DNA of 61,868 nt from Nemertoderma westbladi (taxonomy: Eukaryota; Animalia; Xenacoelomorpha), in NCBI GenBank assembly GCA_032718475.1, contig JAUCBJ010005915.1, forward strand, positions 1 to 61,868, read 5' to 3'. The notes beneath the pieces are model-generated. The model was not told the origin of the DNA. It saw only the letters and a program-made list of their open reading frames with translations, and did not search any database. Below are positions 1 to 13,300 of this stretch, piece by piece. How positions within the stretch are numbered: position 1 is the first letter of the stretch; every line of letters starts with the position of its first letter. A program made the position numbers and the translations under genes.

Positions 1-174
1 GGTAGTAGCGCATCGTGTATTAAATATTGATGGATGGGTTTTTGTGGGGATTATTATTGTAATAATTTCTCGGTATAAGGCGATATATAGTTAAGTTACA
101 CAAGTTCAAATATAAAATATATTTACCCTGTGGCCATAAAACATACTCTTTTATGCTATGTTAATAATTAATAA

Positions 175-235
175 TTGTGGGGCGAGCCACGAAAGTAAGT
201 GTGCTTAGCATACGGGTACCAATATCTCTATCGAG
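175..235 (+). mobile_element. 5' end fragment of the Helentron/HINE-like repeat family
   Basis: ttgtggggcgagccacgaa…cttagc…ggtacca, matching the starts at 10382, 10440 and 33720. Confidence 0.55.
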
Positions 236-741
236 TTTGAATTCAATCGAATTCGACAAGCTGCAGAGCATTGCAGCATGTCGATTGGGGATTGTCAGGG
301 TGGGGGCACAAATTTTCTTGTTGCCAGCATAGCATCTCAATGTGCTCACTGCATTGCAGCGGCTCATAGTTAGTGGAAGAATTAATAGGCAGTCTTGAAT
401 AACATGATTAGACATGTCATTATTAGAAGGGCTGTGTTTGCTTACTTGAGGGCTGGTGTTAGTAAACAATTTAAATAATTATTTAAATAATTTTCATTTA
501 AACCCGTAATATTTCTCGCCTTCCCTCTGACACCTAGGGTGGCAATATTGTGTCAAACGCGTATTACGTTGTGACGTGCATGCATCTTGCTATTGCTGCT
601 ATACCAAGTGCCCTGTGTATCCTGATCCATCTTCCGACAGATAAACCTATTTGCTTTCAATGGGCGGGACTGGTTTTCCATTATTTTTTATCTGTCTTTT
701 ACCTCGCTCTCTCTCACTCACTCTCTCTCTATCCCCTATAG

Positions 742-891
742 GTACATGCGTTAGTGATGGTTCGGCCAAGATGATAGTATGCGCTGTCGGAGTCCACTCG
801 CAATCCGGAATTATATTCCAATTACTACAGGCCGGTACCAAGAAGAAAGAGAAGAAGGGCAACACAGGAAAAGGAAACGCACAGGAGCAAA
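742..891 (+). CDS. ATP2B: PMCA exon, A-domain end ([32 protein letters not shown]...)
   Basis: Pyrimidine tract + TAG acceptor at 741, GTGAGT donor at 892. Resembles PMCA [33 protein letters not shown]. 150 nt, phase 1-1. Confidence 0.92.
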
Positions 892-2742
892 GTGAGTATT
901 GAAATACGATAAGGGTTTTCTGGGTATCAGTTAATTATTGATGCTGCCCTTTGTTTTTGCGTGGGTTTCATGAATAATACCCGTCGCTGTCATGTACAAT
1001 GTGTTGTAGTGTATGTGTATATACCCCGTGTGTGGTATGACATAATTGTTAATAATAGTACTTTTTCGGCCATGAACTGGGCTTTTCTCGAGGCACGTGT
1101 ACAGATATAGCGAGGGAGAGGGAGAGGGCATCGCCCGAAGCCACATAAAACATCTGTAATGCGAGCCGATAGCTTGGTGTTGAGGCTCAATTGACAAACT
1201 GTGATTGGATTTCTCCTTCATTTACCTAAATTGCACAACCTTGTGTGTTTACAGATAAAATGTACCAAAGCTGATATCACACGTATGTATGTATTGTTAT
1301 TGGAAATATACAACTTATTTCTTTATTTTCATTATTTATTTTCAAGTCGGCGTGAAATAAAGTAACATTATTTTTTAGTATGATTATATCGTATTCTACG
1401 GTCACTATGGTACCGTGTACCGTCCGGTACGGTAGTTGTTCCGGTATAATATGTGATTTAACTTCGAAACTTGAAAATATAACGATATACCGGTATTCGA
1501 TTTAAATAAAGTACGGATATTTATTCAGCCTTCGGATTCTGTTTTTTTTTTGTTTCAGTATTCTGATACTGGTATTTTTTTTCGGTACGCAGATGTCTGG
1601 GTTGTCTTTCAGTATTCTTATACTGATCTGTGATAATCCGTATATAGCTATCTCTTAACATGTATGTAATCAAACATGTGTCAGTGTAGGTACATGTCAC
1701 GAAAGCGGACATACTGTATAACTTTCATTGAAAAATAAGTCGACCTTTTCATCTAGAAGTTATGATTAAATCCGTTTTTGAATAAATTACTCCCCGTTCT
1801 CGTTTTAGTATTCCGCAACCACTGTGAATGAATATTCACAATTTCACGCGGCGCTACACTTGCCTCACTTGAATCCAACTTTCTATTGAGATAGGTTTAC
1901 TCTCTACTCTGAACTTCTTGAATATTAATTAAGCTACGACTTTCTTTGTGGCGTGTTGGATGAAGGCACGTTCGTTGCTCTCTATGTTTAGGGACAACAA
2001 AAGTCATCATCAAAGATTACCTTAATTATAATTTTGTCATCAAATCGATTTTCGACACCTAATGCGTATGGCATGTAACACTTTAAGGAATTAAAAGTCT
2101 AATATTTTGGGAAAAGTTGTAAAATTTGAACCTCAGGACGTATTTTTGTCATTCAAGTATCGTTCGAAAGCTAATTATTATCGCTCTTTAACATGTATGA
2201 GTAATAAATTCATATTTTCTAATTATTTTGTGTTTAAAATACAAACTTTTTCAGTAACTTCACCTCCCTAATCACCTTGCATAAGATGCATGCACATCGT
2301 TTAATACGTTGAATTAGGAGTAACTAAGTAACACGATAAAATAAATTCGCAATAATTTTTATTGTCCGTTTAAATCCTTTTTTTGTCCTTTTTTTTTACT
2401 TTTTATGTCCTCCAGAAATCTACCGTTAGGTTCATGCTACCGGTTTCTCTACTGCTGTTCTCTCAGGCTATCAGTACCGGTATTAGTATATATAGCACTA
2501 TTTTGCAGTATTGCTGTATTGTATGTACAGATGTAGGTATAAAGCAGGTATTTTAGTACCGGTACCGGCACCGGTACTGCTGTAGGCCTACTGTGTAGCC
2601 TACCATTTAAATACGGTAATGGTAGGCCTACCGGCTGACCAGTTGTGCTATTAAATTTTAAATAATTGATAGGCCAAACTGGATTGTGGAAAATGTGGAT
2701 TTACCATTCACATAATTTATCAGTTTTATAATGAATCATTTA

Positions 2743-3470
2743 TCGTTTATTGTTTTGGTTAGGAAATCCAGCCTCTGTAACCTGCTCGTTTCCCTCAATT
2801 AGTTAAGTGATCGTTTATTGTTTTGGTTAGAAAATCCCGCCTCTGTAATCTGCTCCTTTCCATGAATTGGTAGAGTGATCGTTTATTGTTTTGGTATGAA
2901 AATCCAGCCTCTGTGACCTGCTCCTTTCCCTCATGCCTCAATTAGTTAAGTGATCGTTTATTGTTTTGGATAGAAAATCCCGCCTCTGTAACCTGTTCCT
3001 TTCCTTCCCTCAATTAGTTAAGTTATCGTTTATTGTTTTGGTTAGGAAATCCCGCCTCTGTAACCTGCCCCTTTCTCTCAATTGGTAATGTTATCGTTTA
3101 TTGTTTTGGTTAGAAAATCCCGTCTCTGTAACCTGCTCCTTTCCCTGATTTGGTAAAGTGACTGTTTATTGTTTTGGTTAGAAAATCCCGCCTCTGTAAC
3201 CTGCTCCTTTCTCTTAATTGGTAATGTTATCGTTTATTGTTTTGGTTAGAAAATCCCGTCTCTGTAACCTGCTCCTTTCCCTGATTTGCCGCCTCTGTAA
3301 CCCGCTCTTTTCCCTCAATTAGTTAAATGATCGTTTATTGTTTTGGTTAGAAAGGCCCGCCTCTGTAACCTGCTCCTTTCCTTCATTTGGTAAAGTGAAT
3401 GTTTATTGTTTTGGTTAGAAAATCCGGCCTTAACCTGCTCCTTTCCATCAATTGGTAATTGTTTTTGGCT
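2743..3470. repeat. Minisatellite, about 58-bp unit, about 12 copies
   Basis: Repeating cgtttattgttttggttagaaaatcccgcctctgtaacctgctcctttccc…aatt. Confidence 0.95.
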
Positions 3471-6400
3471 ATAAAATGAGTGTTTTGCTACGTCATGTGG
3501 TAATCGATTATCGACAACAACCACAAACTATTAAATATAGAGTCTTTTTACCACAGGCGCATATGGAAATCTATTTTCTTGGAAATCTTAGTTTATAAAT
3601 CATGGAATCATGGAATGTTTTGGCACAGGCATAGTGAAATCAACTGTCCGACAGACCAGAAATCAACAAATTTTGAATGTTTTGGCATGGTATGTTGAAA
3701 TCAACTGTCTTACAGTCTAGAAATCAGCAGTCTGACAGTTTGAAGAAATACGTACATAAAAAGTCATTAAAAGGGCAACAAAAGTCATTAAAGGGACAAC
3801 AAAAGTCATTATGCACAATTCGTAAAAAAGGAGGACAAAAAAAGTCAAATAAAAGGACATAAAAAATCACTGCCAAATAAATTTAGTAATTCAGTAGTTA
3901 AGGTTCTTGGTTCCAATCTAGTTGGTTCGGCCTCGCTGCTGACCCTCTCTATGTTGTATTATGTAGTTTTGACCAGTCAATGGTTACGTGTTCGTAATAT
4001 TATTCAATCAGATTACAAAGTAATCAAATCTCAGGCTCACGCAAGGTGCAGTAATTCCTTTTCGTAAATTCAATCACGGCGGTTCCACCATAACCCTTGA
4101 ACCTATATTTTTATTTTCTTAATTACGTTCATTCTAGTTCACGACAAAGTAACTATCCCTTTAGGCATGATACCACAATGCCTTGCTTGCATTGAACTCA
4201 ATAATCTGGATGATTCGCGATTTTACGGAAAGCCAATCCATACTGATAAGCTAGAGACGTGTAAAGTTTACTGATGCAACGGCTGTATTATTAATTAAGG
4301 GGTCACGTGATGTCTGTGAAGTAGGCTGGTCGGTGGAAGTACGTTTTATGATTCATTTCGCTGGAATAGCAAAAGACAAATTAACAAATATAAAAATTGA
4401 CAAATAACAAATTATTTATAAATAAAACTCAAAAGAAATTGCGAATTTTATCCACTCACAAATTCACACAATGTGCGGAACATTTAGAATATGCAACCAC
4501 AACATCAAACAACAACAATGTCAAAAATACTAATTAATTATTTTTTTAATTTTAAATCAAGTTAATCCCATAATGGTGCGCCGTAGGTATATTCATCTTT
4601 GGAATTAAAATTAAACTGGTGACCCAGATATTGCATGCCATCAATCAGTCTTACGGTCGGTGATGTTCACTCGGCAAATTATAGGCTCTCAAACAATGGA
4701 AAATGACAATGAGGGAGGACAAACCCACGTTATGGAGTTATTATGCACTTACTTACACCTACACCATGACCTGGAATATAATAAATATAGAGTGTCCTTA
4801 TTCAGCTACACCCCCCAAAAAAATGGCTTCAAGTCTTAATGACATTTCATGATATTTGCAAAATAGATAGTTTCACCTCAGTCAGAATTTTTATTTTCGC
4901 TTTCAGTCTTTAGGTACAAGCGTTTAAAAAAGTGTTTCTTGCGAAATTGTACCAGTCGTACAGCAGTTATTTGTCGGTACTGATAGATAGCTCGCTATGC
5001 AAGGATTCAAAATATGTAACACAATCTGAATTTCGTCTTAAAATAGCTGATATATGGGCGTTAGTAAGTTGCATGGTTTGCACTATTTTATTCTATCTAA
5101 TAAATACACCATATTCTGGAACATTATGTAGGAATAGCTACGTAATAGTATGATTAAAGAGGTATTGTATTGTATTGTGGCCCAGCTACGTATGGGATAA
5201 ACAAAATGTTCCAGAATGTTGTATTTATTAAATACTAGCAGGCAATACCCGAGACATGTTACCCGGTATTTCCCGCTACCGGCATAGGCCTACTGGCGTA
5301 CTGGTACCGGTATAGGCCTACTGACGTACCGGTACCCAGTACCGGTACCGAACGTGAATTAAACTTTTCGAAAAGTGGCCTATAACGACCGCTGGTTAAT
5401 GTTATACACACATGCCAAGTTCCAGCGCAATCCCTCTGCCCGTGGTATAGATAATAGTGTATTGCCTCGCGCAGGTAGGCACAAATGGTAGCAACTTTTG
5501 ATCTCTCAAATATCAGCTATTTTACGAAGAAATTAAGATTGTGTTACATATTTGGAATCATTGTATGTCCAGCTTTACATTAATACCAACAAATCACTAT
5601 GAGGTTGAAGAATAACATTGGTGCAATATCATCGGAGACACTTTCTTCAAACACTTGTAGCTAAAGAATGAAAGCAAAAATATAAATTCTGGCTTACCCA
5701 CGGAGGAGGAGGGAGATGAAATTATCACTGGCACTGCTTCAATTTTCATGCAATCCCATATATTAGATTTGTAGAAGAAATGGGGGGGGGGGGTCATGTA
5801 CATGAATAATGCACTATATTTCAGGATATATCGCGCCATAATGTCCAGCTGATTGCCCCGGTATAAAAATTGTTGGTTAAGTTCGATCTTTTTACATAAA
5901 CTAATACAATGATTGTCATAAAATTCATAGTAAATTGTCGTATAACACAATGATTATAATATAATGGTTCTTGCCTTCTTTCTACCTGTCAATCTGCCCA
6001 CGCAATTGTGTATTATAACTGACAGTTTGCTGGTCCCGGCTAGCGTCTATATGCGCGTACTTCGAGTCGATATTGCACGCTGGGCTCAATCATTTGCAAT
6101 CCCCCGGGTGCCCTACTTTTATGTCGTCCGCCTTACCTATACCGTTTTCCGACTATGCCACTACTACTCTACTGCTAACCATGCTAACACGGGCGCACGC
6201 ACCTTGCGTGTCTCTCTTCCCCTCCGCTAAGTGGGAAGCCACTGTTTCCCCCAAAAGAGTGATCAGCATTAATGAATTTACTATATAAGTCAGTGAGTAC
6301 CTGCGGAAGATATTTCAATATGCGAATTTCTCGGCTCGGCGTGCGACTTGCCAACCCCTGGTCGATCCCCGGAATGGACTGCCTTGTCGCTGCATTAGCT

Positions 6401-7263
6401 CACTGGATCCTTCCTTGCCTGCTGGATTAATCCCAGTGCAATGCCCCACCGGGGTTAAGGTAACGGCTCTGCCGCCGGAAGGCAAGCGTAATTGCATCCT
6501 CTTAATATTAGATGTGATCTCATAATATTCGTAATTGTATTGAAGGCTTTCTGTGATCCGTTGTTTTGCTGATAGTCAGTTGGGATTGGCCATGGAATAG
6601 GTATTATGTAGTGCCGTGTCCACCGGCAGTTCTTGAATTAATCACTAATAAGGCATAGAGGTTCAAGGGCCATTATAATTTTCCCCTGAGATTTTATTGT
6701 GTCAGCAGTAATGTCTATGTATGGTTTTCGCTTTTAATTTTCTTTTGAGCATCATAAATAAATTATTTTCTGTCAATCATGGACATAGCTAAAGTAAGAG
6801 TTGTCTGTCTTATTGCTCAATTTTTGCGTGTAACTTTGGGCATTTACTTAACGTTACTGGGTTAAATGCATATTTATGCATATTAAAAATGTTGCATAAT
6901 ATAACAGAGTTGGTATGGAGTTATGGGTGGGAGGGGGGGGGGGTTGTGTTTGGGTGATTTCATACTGTATGGCAGTGTGTAAACGCTTCACCGACAGACG
7001 AGAACCGTTATTACGAACAAAATATGAAACTGAAACCTGCGCTCGTGATTCTCGTTTATTGTTTTGGTTAGAATAACGTACTCCTGTATATTGCCCCTTA
7101 CCTGTAACGTTTATAACTAATGTCGGTTTATGCTTTCAAACCTTTGCCGCTAACGGGGTGAAAAAAAGTTTATATTGTGTTCTCTATTGATTATATTATA
7201 AAGTACCTAGGTTCTCGACGCTGTTGTTTACTTTCCAAACATTCTAGAACATGTTGGGTATCG

Positions 7264-8451
7264 TTATTTATACCTAATGTCCACCTCCAGTTCTCCAATG
7301 ATTTTCAATAAATTAATCTTTGTCCTAGTTATTGGTGGGTTTTCCATAAATTCCTTAACAAGTTGTAGCAAATAGAACTCACTGTTGACGCCAAATTGGT
7401 TCTGTGCATCCAATGCTTTTTTAATATGAGTGCGAAATAGATATTCTTCATTGATACCTATTACCTTTAATATAGAAAAATGATAAAGGACCAAGAGGTA
7501 CATGGCTCTGCGAACATCTTCATTGGCGGTATGGGGTCCAAGCGGAAGTTCATCCTTCCTTAATTTATCACCAATGATTGTTGTGAAGGCATTCACAATG
7601 TTATCTCTCAATGGCTTATTATACAGACTGTAGTCAGTTTGACATCGTTCCTCTTCCTTATCAAACGGGTTGAATGTAAAGTTTGTGTCATCCATTTCCT
7701 CACATTTGAAAGTATCATATAAGTCAATCATGTCAAAACAGAAGGTTTCTACCCAGTTAACAATAGCTCGGAGAAAGATTAGTGGGTGATCCGCGCTAGT
7801 GTAGATCGTTTGTTCTTCGATGACTTTGAGGAATCTCCAATTAGGAAGATGGTGTCGTTCCATTACCTCGACCATGTATGCCCGATCTATACTGTCGCGT
7901 AAATGAAACACAACTTGAAAGTCACACCACTTTGCATCCTCTACGAAAACTTTCACGTGATTCCCACTGGAATTATAGGCTATTCCCTTAAACTTAAGTA
8001 TGCCCTTACATCCCTTCACACGTATTCCCTTTCGTGTTAAGAATATGAGAGCGAACGACTTTTTATGCAGCCTCACTTTAGCATTGAAGAAGTGGTAGCC
8101 TCCTGCTCTGTAAGGCTGGTTAACAAATTCGGCGCCTATTTCTATTGTAACATGTTGAATCGTAGTTGTTTGTTGCTGTCTTTCAGAAACTTTACCGAGT
8201 ACAGGTTTAGTTTTTCTTCTTAATTTTAGTTTTTTAAGTCGCTCAATTTTATTGATATCTATCGCCTCTGCTGGGGGTATTCTGGCACTCCATTCCTGGT
8301 ACACATACTCGTCGAGAGATTGTCTCGCCTGATACAGTTTTTTCTTATCTGGATATATCGGTTTAGCGACTGTAGCGGTAGGATGTATATCCGGCAATTT
8401 TCCATCAGGAGAAACATCGGCTAGAGTTCCGTATGTACCAACATCCTCCAT
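7264..8451 (-). CDS. Intronless 395-aa hypothetical protein nested antisense in a PMCA intron
   Basis: 1188-nt non-repetitive ORF from ATG to TAA in AT-rich DNA, with globular-protein composition. AATAAA on the - strand at 7055-7060. No family recognised. Confidence 0.7.
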   Translation of the reverse strand: MEDVGTYGTLADVSPDGKLPDIHPTATVAKPIYPDKKKLYQARQSLDEYVYQEWSARIPPAEAIDINKIERLKKLKLRRKTKPVLGKVSERQQQTTTIQHVTIEIGAEFVNQPYRAGGYHFFNAKVRLHKKSFALIFLTRKGIRVKGCKGILKFKGIAYNSSGNHVKVFVEDAKWCDFQVVFHLRDSIDRAYMVEVMERHHLPNWRFLKVIEEQTIYTSADHPLIFLRAIVNWVETFCFDMIDLYDTFKCEEMDDTNFTFNPFDKEEERCQTDYSLYNKPLRDNIVNAFTTIIGDKLRKDELPLGPHTANEDVRRAMYLLVLYHFSILKVIGINEEYLFRTHIKKALDAQNQFGVNSEFYLLQLVKEFMENPPITRTKINLLKIIGELEVDIRYK

Positions 8452-8957
8452 TACATTAATCTTTGTAATAATTGTTGGGGACTGGCAATACTCGTAACTA
8501 TCAACTAATTGTATTTAAACTCCAGAACAGACAAAATCCCATCCTTAATTTGTGGGCATCACCGTTCATACATGGGACGATATTTTGATATCATAATTAT
8601 TTATTTTTCCCGACATGTGTTAGAACACATCCTTCGCGCTTCTTGCTATTGCATTATTAATTAGATTTATGTTACATTTACTTGGTTTGTTATTTTTAAG
8701 TTTATTATTTTGTAATAACATAATAATAAAAAATAAAAAATAATATTACGAGTAATTTCTAATAATCCAGTAAATTTAGACAAAAAAAGACGATAACCCA
8801 AAAATAATTACCAATTCGTTCGAATTCTACTTTATCTTAATAGAATACAACCAAAAAATATATTAAGCAAATAACTGTAAATTTCATGTTTTTTTTTCCT
8901 TACGCCGGTAAATAAAATATCTCGAGTATAGTGAAAATCATGTTCCACATATTATTA

Positions 8958-9563
8958 GGGAACAGTTCCGTATGCCGTCGCATTTTTAAAACATAAATCA
9001 TTGTTACCAGGGCAACAATGTAGAGTTATAGAACAAAGTATAATTATTATACACTATTCTAGAACATAAATAAGATAAAAAAATAATGTTATAGAACATA
9101 TAGCTAGTCATTTTTCATATTTAAAATGGCTAGTAATTAAAATATTTTTACAATTCTACATTTTTAACTCATAGATCACTGTTACCATGCAAAAAATGTA
9201 AACTGTTATAATATCATCAATATTTTTGGTCATTAATATATTCTGCAACAGTTTAAACTTGAAATATCAATGTTTTCACATTTTTTTTATATATTTTTAT
9301 ATATAGTTATGTTATAGAACACAAAAAAAATGCAGTATTTTTAGAAATTAAAAAAAAAATTAGGGCCTAATATATAATAAAATATGTATTAAATAATTAA
9401 AACATAAAATAACTAGCTAGTCGATAAGATAATGTTCTAGAACACAATTTTTTTTTGAAAAATGTTGCAATGAAGTCGGTGGTAATATTACTATGCAAAA
9501 AGTACATAATTTCATTAATTAATATCAAAATATCAAATGCGACTGCATACGGAACTCTAGCCC
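8958..9563. mobile_element. Non-autonomous DNA transposon, GGG…CCC ends, 4-bp TSD ATTA (Sola2-like)
   Basis: Imperfect TIR of about 28 bp: gggaacagttccgtatgccgtcgcattt / aaatgcgactgcatacggaactctagccc. ATTA on both sides. Confidence 0.65.
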
Positions 9564-9909
9564 ATTATTTACATGCAATTTCTAATTATTTTATATTATT
9601 AATTATTATTAAATCATAATTATTTTTTTATAAATATTCCCACTTTCGAATAAAATTACATTCTCCAAGTCATAATCTAGAATTTTATAAGATTACAATA
9701 ATTAATTTTAATCTCTATTTTTTTAAATCGCCTCCCATTGTAATCTTTTCTATAGTACTAGAGATAACTCTTTACCTATTCCTAAATTAATATTAGCTAC
9801 CACTATAATATTTGTTATCGTTGTTGCTATGACAATAAGTTGAATAGTTGTCTATGAATTAAATGCCATAATTGGCCCTGGTAATTAATTACCACACCTT
9901 TAACGCTAA

Positions 9910-10306
9910 GGCCCCCCTCACACGGAGCATCTTGTTTCTGCAACTTGTTTCTGAAACTTGTTGCTGGACCCCCTCACACACAGAAACTTGTTGCTGGACC
10001 CCCTCACACACAGAAACGTGTCGCTGGAACTTGTTTCCGAAACTTGTTTCCGTGTGTGAGGAGTCCAGCAACAAGTTGCTGGAAGTTATATTCCCAGCAA
10101 CTTTTTTGAAAAACTTTTATTACATTCCATTTTGATACTAGCTAATATCAGATAAATTGAGTGATGTGATATTATATATTATAAATGACTGGGCATGCTA
10201 GCTATTTATTTTGAAATAATTGTTATTTTCTTCAGCAACAAGTTTCTGTGTGTGAGGGGGTCCAGCAACAAGTTGCAGAAACAAGTTGCTCCGTGTGAGG
10301 GGGGCC
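9910..10306. mobile_element. PIF/Harbinger (Tourist-like) MITE
   Basis: TIR ggcccccctcacacggagca… / …tgctccgtgtgaggggggcc, TAA on both sides, subterminal repeats. Confidence 0.85.
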
Positions 10307-10380
10307 TAACTATGAGGACACTTAATGTTGATGCGGTTTTGGCAAAGTTTTATTGAACCTTCACCATCAATGACCGCGTT

Positions 10381-13300
10381 ATTGTGGGGCGAGCCACGAA
10401 GTGAGTGAGCCTTAGCGTAGTGGTACCATTAATCAACCTGTGGGGCGAGCCACGAAGTGAGTGAGCCTTAGCGTAGTGGTACCATTAATCAACCTGTCGT
10501 TCTGTCGTTCTGTCGTTCTGTCGTTCTGTCGTGTTCAATTTTAAACGTTAATAACTCGGCCAATCTTTGATGAAATCTATCCAAACTTGGTACACATGTT
10601 GTTTGGCAAAAGTTTAGAAAATTTCCAAGTAGAATTTCCGTGTGGCCTTCGAGAAGCTAAGATAATAGCAGTTAATTAGTTAATTAAGTTGATTACGGTG
10701 AAAACACCATTTTCAACCTGCCTTTTAAAGGAAATTAATTGTTTTACAGTATAAGATTTAAATAATTATACTTAAAAATTATACAGATGTAATCCACATA
10801 CACCATTCTATTATAGTTTTTAATTAGTTCAAGTGATTTGCTTTAATAAATGTGTCTTTAATTGATCTAAAGTAATTAAGACGGCATAAAAAATTGATTC
10901 TCATTAAATACTGCTCATTTATTGGCCAACATGCTGGTACATAGATGGAAGGATGTGTGTGTAAGGGAGCCAGTTGCTGGGAATGATTTGGTCAAGTCTC
11001 TGCTGGTGTGGAGCTAGCTGGCTGGGAGTTGTAGTTGTAGACTAACAAGAGAGGAACTGTAATAGGGGCAACCAGTATTGCTATTCCAGCCCAGACAGCA
11101 TTCTCTAAATCCACTATTGACTCTACTATAAATGTTGTGTTGCTCTCAGGTAAATGACAGATATAATACATAAATAGAATCCATGGCATGGCTGTTGTGT
11201 AGCCTTATATATGAAATAGTTTATTCCACAATGTATTTGTCTGGTTATTTTTTAATTGAATTTTTGTAAAGTAGTAAAATTAATGTTCTTAAAAATAATT
11301 TTATTATTTTATATGTAACCTACGAAATTAGCTACATTTTTTCGCTGCAGCTTTAAGAGTGTACATTGATTTAATATTATTTCCTTACCCATATTACTAC
11401 ATCGGCATACGATGCGTTGGCGTTGTATCACACATCTCCACATAGATGTATCAGCAGTTACTCGCACAGTTTCGAAACTTCGCATAGTTATAACTGTATA
11501 AAGGTCGTCAGTCTGCGTTTAGGAAAAATATTATATGACAACACAGGACGAGCGACGAGCGCAACGAGGCATATAATATGGACGAGTACTGCGTAGACTA
11601 TATTCCTATAAACCATACCTGGCTGCGCCTATTGAACGCATTGGTAGTTATAAAGATCGTCAGTCTGCGTTTAGAGAATATATTTAAATACAAAACAGGA
11701 CGAGCACAACGAGGCCTATAAAGAAGACGAGTACTGCGTTGACTATATTATTATATAAACCCTGGCTTCACACATTGATCGCATCCCTAGTTATTATTAT
11801 TATAAAGATCGTCCTACCCTGCGTTTAAGAAATATATTTAAATTCAAAACAGGACGAACGCAACGAGGCTTATAATGAAAACGAGTACTGCGTTTATTAT
11901 ATTCCTATAAACCACCTGGCTTTGCAAATTGAACGTGCGATTGGAAATAAGTTCGTGCTACCCTTCCGTGGGTGGTAGATGTCGCGGTTATGTATTGGTG
12001 GGTGGGAAGGGGGGGGGGGGGGTGCAGATTAAAAGGGCTGAACACGTACTGTACCCCTTTCTTTAATTGATTGGTGGTGTGGGTAAATTTCTCAAATACT
12101 GATTTTGTGATACAGTCGCTCAGTTTTAATTTGTATCTCATAACTGGGCCTCGTGCTGCGCGAAGGCCCCACGAACGTGTCGTTCTGTCTTTCTGTCGTT
12201 CTGTCGTTCTGTCGTGTTCAATTTTAAACGTTAATAACTTGGCCAATCTTTGATGAAATCTATCCAAACTTGGTACACATGTTGTTTGGCAAAAGTTTAG
12301 AAATTTTCCAAGTAGAATTTCCGTGTGGCCTTCGAGAAGCTAAGATAATAGCAGTTAATTAGTTAATTAAGTTGATTGCGGTGAAAACGCCATTTTCAAC
12401 CTGCCTTTTAAAGGAAATTAATTGTTTTACAGTATAAGATTTAAATAATTATACTTAAAAATTATACAGATATAATCCCCATACGCCATTCTATTATAGT
12501 TTTTAATTAGTTTAAGTGATTTGCTTTAATAAATGTGTCTTTAATTGATCTAAACGTAATTAAACCGCACAATTATTGAGTACAAATTTAATCCTTCCCA
12601 TTATTGGGCAAGTCTCTGCTGGTGTGGAGCTAGCTGCTGGGAGTTGTGGCTGTAGACTAACCTGAGAGGAATTGTAATAGAGGCAACCAGTATTGCTATT
12701 CCAGCCCAATCACTGAAGTGTGTTTATTATAGGCTGGACGGGCCGCATAACCGTTCGACTATTACTACTATTGCTATCTCAGTTAAATGACAGATATAAT
12801 AACATAAGTTGTAGGCTTCTGAAATAGTTTATTCCACAATGTATATGTCTGGTTATTTTTTAATTGAATTTTTGCAAAGTAGTAAAATTAATGTTCTTAA
12901 AAATAATATTATTATTTTATATGTAACCTAGGAAATTAGCTACATTTTTTCGCTGCAGCTTTAAGAGTGTACATTGATTTAATATTATTTCAATACCAAT
13001 ATTACTACATCGGCATAAGATGCGTTGGCGTTGTATCACACATCTCCACATATCACACATATCCACATAGATGTATCAACAGTTACTCGCACAGTTTCGA
13101 AACTTCGCATAGTTATAACTGTATAAAGATCGTCAGTCTGCGTTTAGGAAAAATATTTTATGACAAAACAGGACAAGCGACGAGCGCAACGAGGCATATA
13201 ATGAAGACGAGTACTGCGTTGACTAAATTATTATATAAACCACCTGGCTTCACATATTGATCGCATCCCTAGTTATTATTATTATAAAGATCGTCCTAGC

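Noticed and set aside
2743-3470. CRISPR-like appearance of the 58-bp array
   Set aside because: The variable parts are homologous to each other rather than unique spacers.
5960-6500. GC-richer patch with short ORFs
   Set aside because: No recognisable motif, splice pattern or second copy, so there is not enough to call.
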